Under the pieces are notes generated by a model. The model was not told the origin of the DNA and did no database searches. It saw only the letters and a program-made list of their open reading frames with translations. A DNA stretch of 64,000 nt from Gemmatimonadota bacterium (GTDB taxonomy: Bacteria > Gemmatimonadota > Gemmatimonadetes > Palauibacterales > Palauibacteraceae): assembly GCA_039588275.1 (NCBI GenBank), contig JBDHAC010000017.1, forward strand, positions 1 through 64,000, given 5' to 3'. The translations under genes were made by a program, and so were the position numbers. This document shows positions 1-9,447 of the stretch, piece after piece. The number at the start of each line of letters is the position of its first letter. Position 1 is the first letter of the stretch.

Positions 1-73
1 GAATGGTCGTTTTGCCGGCGCCCGAAGGACCGGCGAGGATGACCGGGAACGCACGCGCACGCAGCTCCGTCAC
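1..73 (-). CDS. gmk: Guanylate kinase, N-terminal part (runs off window start)
   Basis: Manual translation from GTG at 73 gives MTELRARAFPVILAGPSGAGKTTI (P-loop). GAGGT RBS upstream; directly follows yicC, a conserved order. Confidence 0.85.
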   Translation of the reverse strand, partial: MTELRARAFPVILAGPSGAGKTTI

Positions 74-83
74 GATCTGCACC

Positions 84-965
84 TCACTCGACGTTCTCCA
101 CCTGCTCGCGGAGCTTCTCGATCTCGTTCTTCATCTCGACCGCACAGCGTGAGATCTCGATGTCGTTCGCCTTCGCTCCGAGCGTGTTCACTTCGCGCTG
201 GAGCTCCTGAACCAGAAACCCGAGCCGCTTCCCCACGGGCTCGTCGGCGGGCGTGCGCAGGTACTCCTCGAACGCGTCGAGGTGGGAGCGCGTACGCACG
301 AGCTCTTCGCTGATCTCCCATCGGTCGGCGATGAGCGCGATCTCTCGGGCCAGACGGTCGTCCTCCAGATCCCGTGCCTCCGCAATCTCCGCGACTGCCT
401 GACGCAGGCGTTCGCGCTCGCGCTCGAGCCGCTGCGGGGCCAGCTCCTCTACGCGCACGATCCCTGCTCGTAGCGCGGCGACCCGGGCTTGCAGGTCCGC
501 CTCGAGCCGTGCCCCTTCCTGTTCGCGCATCTCGATCAGGCCGTCCAGCGCACGCGCGGTTACGTCGCGCACATCTTCGAACGAGATCGCCTCGGGATCC
601 CCGTTCGACTCGTGGAACAGACCCCCCGCTTGCACGAGGGTAGCGATGTCGGGGGTACCCGGGACGTCGAACTTCTCCTGAAGCTCCTGGAACCCGGTCA
701 GCAGCTCGCGGACCCGCTCCTCGTCCAACATGTGGCGATACCCCGGCGCGGTACCCTCGTCCACGGCGAAGGACAGTTCCACCCGACCTCGCTTCGCGCA
801 TCCTTCCACCACCGTGCGAAGAGATGGCTCCCAGGCCTCGCTCCCCGGAGGCCCCTTGACGACGAGCCTCAGGTGTCGCGAGTTGACGGACCGAGCTTCC
901 ACCGTGAGCCGGCCGCCGCGAAACGTCTCGCTCGCCGTTCCATACCCCGTCATGCTGCGGATCAT
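84..965 (-). CDS. yicC: YicC/YloC family endoribonuclease
   Basis: N-terminus MIRSMTGYG; C-terminal GKRLGFLVQELQREVNTLGAKAN...EKLREQVENVE. Start moved to ATG 965. Confidence 0.92.
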   Translation of the reverse strand: MIRSMTGYGTASETFRGGRLTVEARSVNSRHLRLVVKGPPGSEAWEPSLRTVVEGCAKRGRVELSFAVDEGTAPGYRHMLDEERVRELLTGFQELQEKFDVPGTPDIATLVQAGGLFHESNGDPEAISFEDVRDVTARALDGLIEMREQEGARLEADLQARVAALRAGIVRVEELAPQRLERERERLRQAVAEIAEARDLEDDRLAREIALIADRWEISEELVRTRSHLDAFEEYLRTPADEPVGKRLGFLVQELQREVNTLGAKANDIEISRCAVEMKNEIEKLREQVENVE

Positions 966-972
966 GAAACCC

Positions 973-2790
973 TCAGTTGAAGAACTCCCACCGAACTCCG
1001 AAGACATTCACCTGCTGTGGAAACCCGGCTCCGGGGATATCCGCGACAAGGACTCCGGTCGGGTTCGTCAGCCGCCAGAAGAACCGAAAGTCACGGATCC
1101 TGAACATGAAGTACCCCCCCGTCCAGGTGTAAGATGACAACAGAACAGGCTCGGTCGCTCCCGTGCTCGCCGACTTCGTTTCGCTGCGGTACTCCGCGAA
1201 GGCCCCCAGCCAGATCTCGAGGTTGCCGGCGAAGAAGTCGTCGTGGAGGAGGAGCTCGCCTCTCGCAAGCGTGCTGGGTAGGAAGAGGGCCTCCACGCCA
1301 CCCGCATCCTGATGACGCCAGTTGCCGCTCAAGCGAATCGGCGCCAGCCCCGAGATCAGCGCGCCGATCGGAATCAGCGGGCCATGGACGCCAACCTCCC
1401 AAGACTTCACATCCAGCTCCCCGCTCGCCACGAGCAGGCTGTCGAAGCCGGCTCCGAATGACAACTGTCGGCTCAGGTTCTGGATCCCGTACCGCCCGTT
1501 CAGCCGGTACGGACCCAGCTCCAGCTCGGCCGACGCACCCAACGCGTGAAACGATACGCTGTCGGCGCGTTCCTGTATGGGCACCGGGATCCCACGCGAG
1601 CCGGTGGAGCCGTCCGCGCGCAAGACGATCGGAAGTGCGGGGGGCGAGTAGGCCAGTGCGGCCCGGAGCTGCGACGTGGTGAAACCGTCCCAGCTCTGGC
1701 GGCCGACCCCCACTTCCAACGTCAAACGGTCGCCGACGGCGTAGCCGCCCGTCAGGCGGGCATCGAGCGAGGGGTACGCGCCGCCCGCCGTCGAGCTGAC
1801 TCCGAGAGCCAGGGTCGCATCGCCCGGTTTCGCGGACACTCCTACACCGACGGTCTTCGCCACCCGAAGGGTCGAGTCGGCAGCGCGCAACCCTGCGTTG
1901 GCGTAGTACGCTTCAAGCTGGACGTTGCTCGAGACGTCGAACCGGCTCCGGAGCAGGACCTGACGGCGCGCGATATCGGCCGTGTCGGCGGCCGTTCGGT
2001 CCACGTTCTCGTTCCGGTACTCGAACTGCAGCCCGAACCGGTCGCCCGGCACCCAATTCAACCGCGCGAGCACGTCGAAGCGGTCGTTCTCCACCCCGCC
2101 CTGCCCGATGTCTTGCAGGTCGAAGGCCCCCTCCAGCGTAAAGTTGCGACCGAAGCCGTTGGTGAACGTCCCGTCCAGAACCTGGGCGCGCGGCTGCCCG
2201 GTACCGCCCGAGATCCGCGAGTACGCCTCTTCGGTCGCATGCCGCCTCGTCTCCACGTCGACGATCAACCCATCCGCGTCACGCGTGACGCGCACGCGCT
2301 CGATGTACACGAGCGACGCGCGCCTCAGATCGGTCGAGCGCGACTCGAGGCTAGGGACCTCGCGGCCGTCGATGAACAACCGTACGAAGCCGGGTCCGTA
2401 CGGACCGTGTAGCGCGAAATGCGGCCCGGCGAAGAAGCCCGGGCGTACCCCGGTGATCCCGGGCACGGTCTCCTGGAGCAGTTCGAGCAACGAGAACGCC
2501 GTCGAGGCCTGCAGGCATTCGTGGTCGCACTCATACACGGTGTACGCTTCGCCACGGAGCGGCAGGAGGCGAGCAGGGAACGCGGGAGCCGACTCCGGCT
2601 CGGCGAATACCTCCCGCACGGAGTCCGGCAACACCTCGACCAACGAATCCGCGCGGACCGTGTCGGCGGGGGTCGGCTCCTGAGCTTGCAGCGGAGAAGA
2701 TGTCACGACCGGTACGAGCGCGAGGATCCCCGACAGACATGGCAGCGACGTACGGAGCACGCTGCCCCTCAGGCCGCGTCCCGTAACCAC
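973..2790 (-). CDS. Outer-membrane beta-barrel protein with TonB-receptor plug-like N-domain (putative porin/receptor)
   Basis: Signal peptide ending LQAQ; plug-like segment (LFIDGREV...IERVRV); amphipathic strands; C-terminal VRWEFFN beta-signal. Start uncertain. Confidence 0.65.
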   Translation of the reverse strand: MVTGRGLRGSVLRTSLPCLSGILALVPVVTSSPLQAQEPTPADTVRADSLVEVLPDSVREVFAEPESAPAFPARLLPLRGEAYTVYECDHECLQASTAFSLLELLQETVPGITGVRPGFFAGPHFALHGPYGPGFVRLFIDGREVPSLESRSTDLRRASLVYIERVRVTRDADGLIVDVETRRHATEEAYSRISGGTGQPRAQVLDGTFTNGFGRNFTLEGAFDLQDIGQGGVENDRFDVLARLNWVPGDRFGLQFEYRNENVDRTAADTADIARRQVLLRSRFDVSSNVQLEAYYANAGLRAADSTLRVAKTVGVGVSAKPGDATLALGVSSTAGGAYPSLDARLTGGYAVGDRLTLEVGVGRQSWDGFTTSQLRAALAYSPPALPIVLRADGSTGSRGIPVPIQERADSVSFHALGASAELELGPYRLNGRYGIQNLSRQLSFGAGFDSLLVASGELDVKSWEVGVHGPLIPIGALISGLAPIRLSGNWRHQDAGGVEALFLPSTLARGELLLHDDFFAGNLEIWLGAFAEYRSETKSASTGATEPVLLSSYTWTGGYFMFRIRDFRFFWRLTNPTGVLVADIPGAGFPQQVNVFGVRWEFFN

Positions 2791-4253
2791 TCCAGCACGA
2801 GCCTCACCCCCACGCCCGTGGCCCCCTTCGGCTGATAGCCGCTCGCCTCATCAGCCCATGCGGTTCCGGCGATGTCCAGGTGCGCCCACTCGAGGTCCCC
2901 CACGAAGGCCTGCAGGAAACTGCCGGCGGTGATCGGCGCGGCCGGGCGGCCTCCCGCGTTCTTGAGGTCCGCGATGTCCGAGTCCAGCTGACGCCGGTAG
3001 GCGGGCCACAGCGGGAGGCGCCACACGCGCTCGCCGCTCCGCATGCCGGCGGCCTCCAGGCCCGCCGCGAGCGTATCGCTCGTGGACATGAGCCCCATCG
3101 CCTGGTGACCGAGGGCGACCACGCACCCGCCGGTCAGGGTCGCCAGGTCGATGACCGCCCGCGGGCCGAGCCGGCGAGCGTAGCTCAGGGCGTCAGACAG
3201 GATCAGCCTCCCCTCGGCGTCTGTATTCACCACTTCGATCGACTTGCCCGACTCGCCCCGGATGACGTCTCCGGGCTTGAGCGCGGTCCCAGACGGGAGA
3301 TTCTCCGTCGCCGGGATCAGCCCGATGAGGCGGTGTGGGAACTCCAGCCGGGCGGCCGCCTCGAGGATCCCGAGCACAGCGGCCGCGCCCGCCATGTCGT
3401 ACTTCATGTCCTCCATGCCACTCGCGGGCTTGAGCGATATCCCCCCGGCGTCGAACGTGACGCCCTTCCCGACCACCACGTATGGGTCCCCACCTCCTCC
3501 CGTGTGCTCGAGGATGATGAACTGAGGCTCTTGTTCGGACCCGCGAGCGACCGCGAGCAGCGCACCGAAGCCGGCCTCGCGCAGCTTGTCGGATCCCCAC
3601 GCCTGGACGTCCACGTCCACCTCATCAGCGAGCTCCCGTGCGCGCTCGGCCAGAAAACGAGGTGTGACGATGTTCCCCGGCTGCGCCACGAGCTCCCGGA
3701 CCCGGTTCTGAATGGTCGCCAGGATTCTCCCTCGTCGCACCGATGCGTCCTGCGCGGCCAGGTCGGATTCGGCGCCGGCAGTCCGCCACAACGCTCGCAG
3801 ATCCAGGGGGGAAGACGTTCCGCGAGCGCTGGCGTCGCGCAACTCATCGTAGCTCCAGTCGCCCAGCAGCAGCCCTTCTGCCGCCGCCTGCCACGACTCC
3901 GCCCGGGCGTCCTCGGGCAGGGGACGGAACGCGAGGGAACGCGCGCCGCGCTCCCGCGCGACCCTGACCGAGGTTCCCGCCGCACGGCGAATCCACTCAG
4001 CCCGGCCGAGCTCATCGACCTTGCCGTGGACGAGCAACACATCGGGTCGCTCCGAATCGCCGATCGTCGCCCACGACGCACGGAGCGACCCGGGAGTCGG
4101 CTCCCGCTCCAGGACGCGACCGATGGCGCGGCCCCACCACGCATCGAGGGCGTCCGACGCCATCTCCGCACCCGGGCTCCTGACGAGCGGGATGGCGACC
4201 ACGTCGACCCCCAAGTCTTCGATCGCACCCGCCCGGATCTGAAGTTCGCTCAT
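2769..4253 (-). CDS. pepA: Leucyl aminopeptidase (M17)
   Basis: GKGVTFDAGGISLK, MKYDMAG, NTDAEGRL and HLDIAG motifs. Confidence 0.95.
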   Translation of the reverse strand: MSELQIRAGAIEDLGVDVVAIPLVRSPGAEMASDALDAWWGRAIGRVLEREPTPGSLRASWATIGDSERPDVLLVHGKVDELGRAEWIRRAAGTSVRVARERGARSLAFRPLPEDARAESWQAAAEGLLLGDWSYDELRDASARGTSSPLDLRALWRTAGAESDLAAQDASVRRGRILATIQNRVRELVAQPGNIVTPRFLAERARELADEVDVDVQAWGSDKLREAGFGALLAVARGSEQEPQFIILEHTGGGGDPYVVVGKGVTFDAGGISLKPASGMEDMKYDMAGAAAVLGILEAAARLEFPHRLIGLIPATENLPSGTALKPGDVIRGESGKSIEVVNTDAEGRLILSDALSYARRLGPRAVIDLATLTGGCVVALGHQAMGLMSTSDTLAAGLEAAGMRSGERVWRLPLWPAYRRQLDSDIADLKNAGGRPAAPITAGSFLQAFVGDLEWAHLDIAGTAWADEASGYQPKGATGVGVRLVLEWLRDAA

Positions 4254-4364
4254 CCTCGATTCGTGCCTCTGTCGATACCGACCCCGCTCAGGCCAGATGC
4301 TCGAACGTACGCTACGGGCGCCGGTCCACGGCGCTCAACGGGGCGAAGTTAGCCGGTATTCCAC

Positions 4365-4395
4365 ACAAAAAGAAAGCGGGTCGATCGACCCGCTT
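4365..4395 (-). terminator. Intrinsic terminator after citrate synthase
   Basis: Perfect palindrome AAGCGGGTCGATCGACCCGCTT (4374-4395), followed on the minus strand by TCTTTTTG. Confidence 0.7.
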
Positions 4396-4461
4396 CCGAG
4401 TGTTTCAGGAACGCGCGGACACGCGCCGCGCACCCGGCCGCGGAAGGACCGGAAGCGCCTG

Positions 4462-5589
4462 CTAACGCTGATCGATGGGAATGAACTCGCGATCCTTCAT
4501 TCCGGTGTACTCGGCTCGCGGCCGGATCAGGCGGTTGTTGGCGTGTTGCTCCATCACGTGCGCCGACCAGCCCCCGATGCGCCCCATGGCGAACAGAGGA
4601 GTGTATAGATCCGTCGGCAGGCCCAGTGCGTAGTACACCGTCGCGCAATAGAAGTCGACGTTCGGGTTCAGTCCCTTGCGTTCCTTCAGCAGGTCTTCGA
4701 GCCGTCTCGAGATCTCGTACCACTTGGGGTCGCCGAGCTCCTGACTCAGCGTTCTGGACATCTCGCGAAGATGGGTGGCGCGTGGATCCTCGGTCTTGTA
4801 GACGCGATGCCCGAAGCCCATGATCTTTCGCTTCTCCTCGAGAGCTCGCTCGATGTACGGGGTGACGTTCTCGACCTCGCCGATCTCGAGGAGCATGTCC
4901 ATCGCTTTCGCGTTGGCGCCCCCGTGCAAGGATCCCTTCAGGGCGCCGACGCCTCCGGTGACCGCCGAGTGCATGTCCCCGAGCGTCGCAGCGATCACTC
5001 TGCAGGTGAACGTCGATGCGTTGAAGCCGTGATCCAGGTACAGGAGGAGAGTCCGGTCCAGGGCGCGGGCCGCATCATCCGACGGCGCTTCACCGTCGCA
5101 CATGTAGAGGAAGTTGGCCGAGTGGTCGAGGTCTGGATCGGGCGCGACGGGCTCGCCACCCGCCCGCGTGCGGTGGTACGCGGCGATCATGGTCGGCATC
5201 TGCGCGACCAGGCGCTTCGACTTGCGCAAGTTCGCCTCCGGCGAGCTGTCCTCCGCGTCGGGGTCCAGGGTCCCCTCCGTGGACACGGCCGTACGGAGGG
5301 CCGCCATCGGTGTCGTGTCAGGCGGCAGAGAGCGGAGGACCTCCAGCGTTCCTCCGCTCACGTTCCGGAGGCTGGCGAGCTCCGCGTCGAACGCGGCGAG
5401 CTCATCTCGCGTCGGCAGACGATCGTTCCACAGCAGGTACACGCTCTCCGTGAACGATGTCGAAGGCGCCAGATCGTGAATGCTGATTCCGCGGTAGAGG
5501 AGTGTCCCCTCCTCGCCGTCAATGAAGCTGAGCGAGGTCTGCGCAGCGACGACGCCCTCGAGTCCCTTCGCGATCGTCGGTCCGGTCAT
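4462..5589 (-). CDS. Citrate synthase / 2-methylcitrate synthase (short dimeric type)
   Basis: KGLEGVVAA, DHGFNASTF, LKGSLHGGAN, MGFGHRVYKTEDPR, NVDF and RLIRPR motifs. Confidence 0.93.
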   Translation of the reverse strand: MTGPTIAKGLEGVVAAQTSLSFIDGEEGTLLYRGISIHDLAPSTSFTESVYLLWNDRLPTRDELAAFDAELASLRNVSGGTLEVLRSLPPDTTPMAALRTAVSTEGTLDPDAEDSSPEANLRKSKRLVAQMPTMIAAYHRTRAGGEPVAPDPDLDHSANFLYMCDGEAPSDDAARALDRTLLLYLDHGFNASTFTCRVIAATLGDMHSAVTGGVGALKGSLHGGANAKAMDMLLEIGEVENVTPYIERALEEKRKIMGFGHRVYKTEDPRATHLREMSRTLSQELGDPKWYEISRRLEDLLKERKGLNPNVDFYCATVYYALGLPTDLYTPLFAMGRIGGWSAHVMEQHANNRLIRPRAEYTGMKDREFIPIDQR

Positions 5590-5660
5590 TCCATTCCCTT
5601 TTGAGATGTCTGTACGTGCTGGGGGGGCGCGGTCATCTCCGCGCCCCCAGGGAAACGCGT

Positions 5661-5912
5661 TCAGCGGATGGCAGGATCCACGGGGGCTGCCAGGAAGCGA
5701 TCTCTCAGATCTTCGGTGCTCAGCTCCTCGAAGGAGCCGGAGGGTAACCGAGCTCGTCGCTGTGGCTGGTGAGGGTCAGAGAAGCATACAAAGACGACGG
5801 ATTCCGAATCCGGTTCCGGATCTACTTCTTCGGGATCGGGCCAAAAGACTTCACGTGTCGCCAACCACGCCTTCCAGTGGCGTCCCTGCTCGTCCCGGAA
5901 AGTTTTCGTCAT
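5661..5912 (-). CDS. Small hypothetical protein (83 aa)
   Basis: MTKTFRDEQGRHWKAW...RRARLP...LRDRFLAA; ATG at 5912 with AAGGT upstream. It is the C-terminal part of the 5661-6701 track ORF. Confidence 0.7.
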   Translation of the reverse strand: MTKTFRDEQGRHWKAWLATREVFWPDPEEVDPEPDSESVVFVCFSDPHQPQRRARLPSGSFEELSTEDLRDRFLAAPVDPAIR

Positions 5913-6022
5913 GACTACCTTCGCTTTGAGTCTGGGCCGGAGAACTGCTCCAACGAAGGGAAACAAATTAGGCCTTGAAGGGGGGATTTGGAAGGTGGGC
6001 CTCGGGCCTCGAACCCGGCGAG

Positions 6023-6148
6023 TCAGGACTCTTCGCGTTCCTCGCCCCGCCCGTCGAGCTCCGGCAACCGTCCTCCCAGAGCGAAGCCCGCACCGAACAG
6101 ACCGGCGATCAACACGCCGATCAGAATCGTGAGCAATACGTAATACAT
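6023..6148 (-). CDS. Small single-pass membrane protein (41 aa)
   Basis: Manual translation MYYVLLTILIGVLIAGLFGAGFALGGRLPELDGRGEEREES*; below the ORF-track cutoff; hydrophobic helix plus acidic tail. Confidence 0.6.
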   Translation of the reverse strand: MYYVLLTILIGVLIAGLFGAGFALGGRLPELDGRGEEREES

Positions 6149-6232
6149 GGCCGGAAGGATGCGGGACGCGCGTCCCGCTGTCCAGCCCGGGTCTCGGAGA
6201 GTATGGGAGGTCGGCGTGGAGTCCGTGGCGGA

Positions 6233-6967
6233 TCAGATTCCGCGTCCGCGGAAGCGGCGGATCACCCGACGCTGAAACCGGATCCGGTCCATCACTTTGT
6301 CGACCACCTGCTGGGCGATCTCCTTCGATCGAGTGTCTCCGACGAATGCGGAATAATCGACGGGCTTTCCGATGTACACGTACACCCGTTTTCCGAGTCG
6401 GGGGATACGGGCTCCGATCGGGAGCACCTCGTCCAATCCCTCGATCGTTACCGGAATCACCGTCGGACGATTCCCCAGGATCACCAGTCCGGCACCCGGA
6501 CGTCCCTTCCCGATGGAGCCGTCCCGACTGCGCGTACCCTCCGGAAACAGGATCAGCGTGCCTTCGCCGAGAGCCCGCATGGACCGGTACACGGCCTTGA
6601 GGTCGCGCCGCCCCGGACGCACGGGGATGCACTTGAGCTGATCGAAGAACCAGGCGAAGAGTCGGTTCCTGAAGAAGTTCTCCTCGGCGGCCGGATGCCA
6701 CGGTATCAGGTCGGGTCGTGTCAGGTGGCGGATATAGTACGCGCTCACCGCGACCACGAAGCTGTCGATCATCGATTGGTGGTTCGACAGCAACAGGGTG
6801 TTGCGCCGGAGGGGAACGCGGTGCCGGCCCATGACCCTGGTGCGGTTAAGAACGAAGAAGATCAGGATGAACACAGGAGCGATCAGATTCGCGGCCAGAA
6901 AGCTCGTCACCGGCCACAAGAGATCGGCGAACTTGCCCCTGTACTCTCCGCGGTAGCGTTTCTCCAT
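6233..6967 (-). CDS. Lysophospholipid / 1-acyl-sn-glycerol-3-phosphate acyltransferase (PlsC-like)
   Basis: NHQSMIDS (HX4D) and IFPEGTRS motifs; start moved to MEKRY. Confidence 0.88.
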   Translation of the reverse strand: MEKRYRGEYRGKFADLLWPVTSFLAANLIAPVFILIFFVLNRTRVMGRHRVPLRRNTLLLSNHQSMIDSFVVAVSAYYIRHLTRPDLIPWHPAAEENFFRNRLFAWFFDQLKCIPVRPGRRDLKAVYRSMRALGEGTLILFPEGTRSRDGSIGKGRPGAGLVILGNRPTVIPVTIEGLDEVLPIGARIPRLGKRVYVYIGKPVDYSAFVGDTRSKEIAQQVVDKVMDRIRFQRRVIRRFRGRGI

Positions 6968-7146
6968 CCCGACCCGGCTGCTGACGCCGACGGCTGGCCG
7001 GTCGACCGCTCGGCCGACACGTGGCCCGGCAACATACCGGACCACACTAGGATTGTCGAAGCCGCGATCCTAGAATAGCCACTTGGCAGCTGATCGAGGA
7101 ACCACGGGGGACCGCTCTCATCGGTCCCGGGAGGAGGAGTCCACGG

Positions 7147-9369
7147 ATGTCGTGCTCGATACGAAGAACGATCGCGAGTCTTTCACTCGTTTATTTGATG
7201 ACCGCGGGCGCGAACCCCGGCGCCCTTTCAGCCTCGTTGCTCCAGGCGGCGCAGCAGGCCAGTCCCACACCGCAGGAGGAGACCAGCCGGCTCACGCCCT
7301 CCCCCGAGGCGCAGCGCGTCTCGGAGGGCGCCACTCTCACCGGTCTCGAGACCGGCACCATGTGGACCTTCGAGAATCCACCGCTGGGATACTGGGAGTC
7401 CACCTACGGATTCCAGGCCACGCCGGAGTGGCTCGAGCATGTTCAACTCTCGTCCGTACGGTTCGGTGAGATCTGCTCGGCCTCGTTCGTATCGCCGGAC
7501 GGGTTGGTCATGACGAACCACCATTGTGCTCGGGATTGCGCGGAGGCGGTCTCCACGGCGGAAAGCGATTACGTCGAGACGGGGTTCTACGCCGGCGCTC
7601 GAGAGGAGGAGCTCCTGTGTCCGGATCTGTTCCTCGACCAGCTCGTGAACATCTCGAACGTCACCGACCGGGTTCGGGCCGCTGCACCCGTCGCCGGCTC
7701 CGACGCCGAGATCGCCGAGGCCCAGGACGCGGAGGGCGACCGCATCGAAGAGGAGTGCGAGAGCGAATCCGAGCTGGAGTGCGAGGTCGTGTCACTGTAC
7801 CACGGCGGTCAATACCAGCTATACGAGTACAAACGGTTCAGCCCGGTGAAGCTGGTGTTCATCCCCGAGCTTCAGGCCGGCTTCTTCGGCGGGGACCCGG
7901 ACAATTTCACCTTTCCGCGTTTCGTCCTGGATGTCGCTTTCGTGCGGGCGTACGAGCCGGAAGGCACCCAAGCGGCCAGCACGCCGCACCACTTCGAGTG
8001 GGACCCCGAGGGAGCCGATGAGGGCGAGCTGGTGTTCATCACCGGCAACCCGGGCTCCACCGATCGGCAAGCGACCGTCTCACAGCTCCTCTACGAGCAA
8101 GTGTACCGGCACCCGTTCATCGTCCAGATCCTCGCGGGGCAGCGCTCGATCCTGAACCACATCGCAACGTTCGGTCCCGAGGCCGAGCGGGGCGTGCGCG
8201 ACCAGCTGTTCAGCGTCGAGAACAGTCTCAAGGCGTTTGGCGGACAGCTGGGCGGCTTGCAGGACACGACGTTGATGGGTCAGAAGATGCGTTGGGAGGC
8301 GGAGTTCCGTGGCCGGATCATGGGTGACCCCGAGTTGAGCGAGATGTACGGGGATGTGTGGGACCGACTGACGGACCTCCAGCTCCGCAAGCTCCGAACC
8401 AGCCCGCGGGTGAACGTGAACAACCCCGGGTTCGGTGGTAATCCGCTCGTACAGGTGGCGGGCGATCTCGCGCGCTACGTGCGCGAGATGGACAGGCCGG
8501 AGATGGGCCGGAGCGAGGCGTACCAGGGAGAAGCGCTCGCCCAGGCGGAGGCGGCGCTCGGGGCCCCCCTCCAGATGAATCCGGACATCGCAGCCCGGCT
8601 TTTCGGCTTGCGACTCGCCATCGCGGATCGCTGGCTGGAGCCCGATGATCCGTTCCGGTCACTAGCCTTCGAGCCGGGCGAGTCACCCTCGGACGCAGCT
8701 GCGCGCATCGTGCGCTCCACGCGTATCGGCGACCCGGCCTTCCACCGCACCGTCATGCAGGGAGGGGTCGGCGCGCTCGAGACGACGTCGGACCCGCTGC
8801 TCCGACTCGCTGCGGCCATGGTAGAGGCGTACGACGAGCTAGAGCCCGAATGGGAGGAGATCCAGGCCTCGGAGACGGTGGAGGAAGAGCGCCTCGCGAA
8901 GGCGCTGTTCGCCGCGTTCGGGACCGATCTCCCGCCGGATGCGACGTTCACGCTGCGGATCAGCGACGGGGTCGTGAATCGGTATCCCTACAACGGGACG
9001 TTCGCGCCTCCTCAGACCTCGTTCTACGGCCTGTACGAGCGGGCGGCCAACTTCGGGAACGAGATGCCGTGGACGCTGCCGGAGAGTTTCGCTCAGAACC
9101 GTGACCAGGTCGACCTGGCGACCCCGCTCAACTTCGTCACCACCAACGACATCACCGGTGGGAACAGCGGGAGTCCGATGATCGACCGAGACGCTCGGGT
9201 CGTGGGTCTGGCGTTCGATGGCAACATCGAACAGCTGCCGAACGAGTTCCTGTTCCGCGCTCGGGCCGGGCGGACGATCGGGGTGCACTCGGCGGGCATC
9301 ACTGAAGCGCTGCGCAGCGTGTACGAAGCGGACGCGCTCCTGGCCGAGTTGCTCGGCGGGGGCCGCTGA
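7147..9369 (+). CDS. S46 family dipeptidyl peptidase (DPP7/DPP11-like), secreted
   Basis: GTMWTF, CSASFVSPDGLVMTNHHC, DATFTLR and DITGGNSGSP (catalytic Ser); signal peptide. Confidence 0.93.
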   Translation: MSCSIRRTIASLSLVYLMTAGANPGALSASLLQAAQQASPTPQEETSRLTPSPEAQRVSEGATLTGLETGTMWTFENPPLGYWESTYGFQATPEWLEHVQLSSVRFGEICSASFVSPDGLVMTNHHCARDCAEAVSTAESDYVETGFYAGAREEELLCPDLFLDQLVNISNVTDRVRAAAPVAGSDAEIAEAQDAEGDRIEEECESESELECEVVSLYHGGQYQLYEYKRFSPVKLVFIPELQAGFFGGDPDNFTFPRFVLDVAFVRAYEPEGTQAASTPHHFEWDPEGADEGELVFITGNPGSTDRQATVSQLLYEQVYRHPFIVQILAGQRSILNHIATFGPEAERGVRDQLFSVENSLKAFGGQLGGLQDTTLMGQKMRWEAEFRGRIMGDPELSEMYGDVWDRLTDLQLRKLRTSPRVNVNNPGFGGNPLVQVAGDLARYVREMDRPEMGRSEAYQGEALAQAEAALGAPLQMNPDIAARLFGLRLAIADRWLEPDDPFRSLAFEPGESPSDAAARIVRSTRIGDPAFHRTVMQGGVGALETTSDPLLRLAAAMVEAYDELEPEWEEIQASETVEEERLAKALFAAFGTDLPPDATFTLRISDGVVNRYPYNGTFAPPQTSFYGLYERAANFGNEMPWTLPESFAQNRDQVDLATPLNFVTTNDITGGNSGSPMIDRDARVVGLAFDGNIEQLPNEFLFRARAGRTIGVHSAGITEALRSVYEADALLAELLGGGR

Positions 9370-9447
9370 GCCGCCAGCCGCTGCCGAGCCGTCGAGCAGC
9401 CGACGGAGAATCGGGCGCTCCGCGCGGCTGACGACGCACCGGCGATC

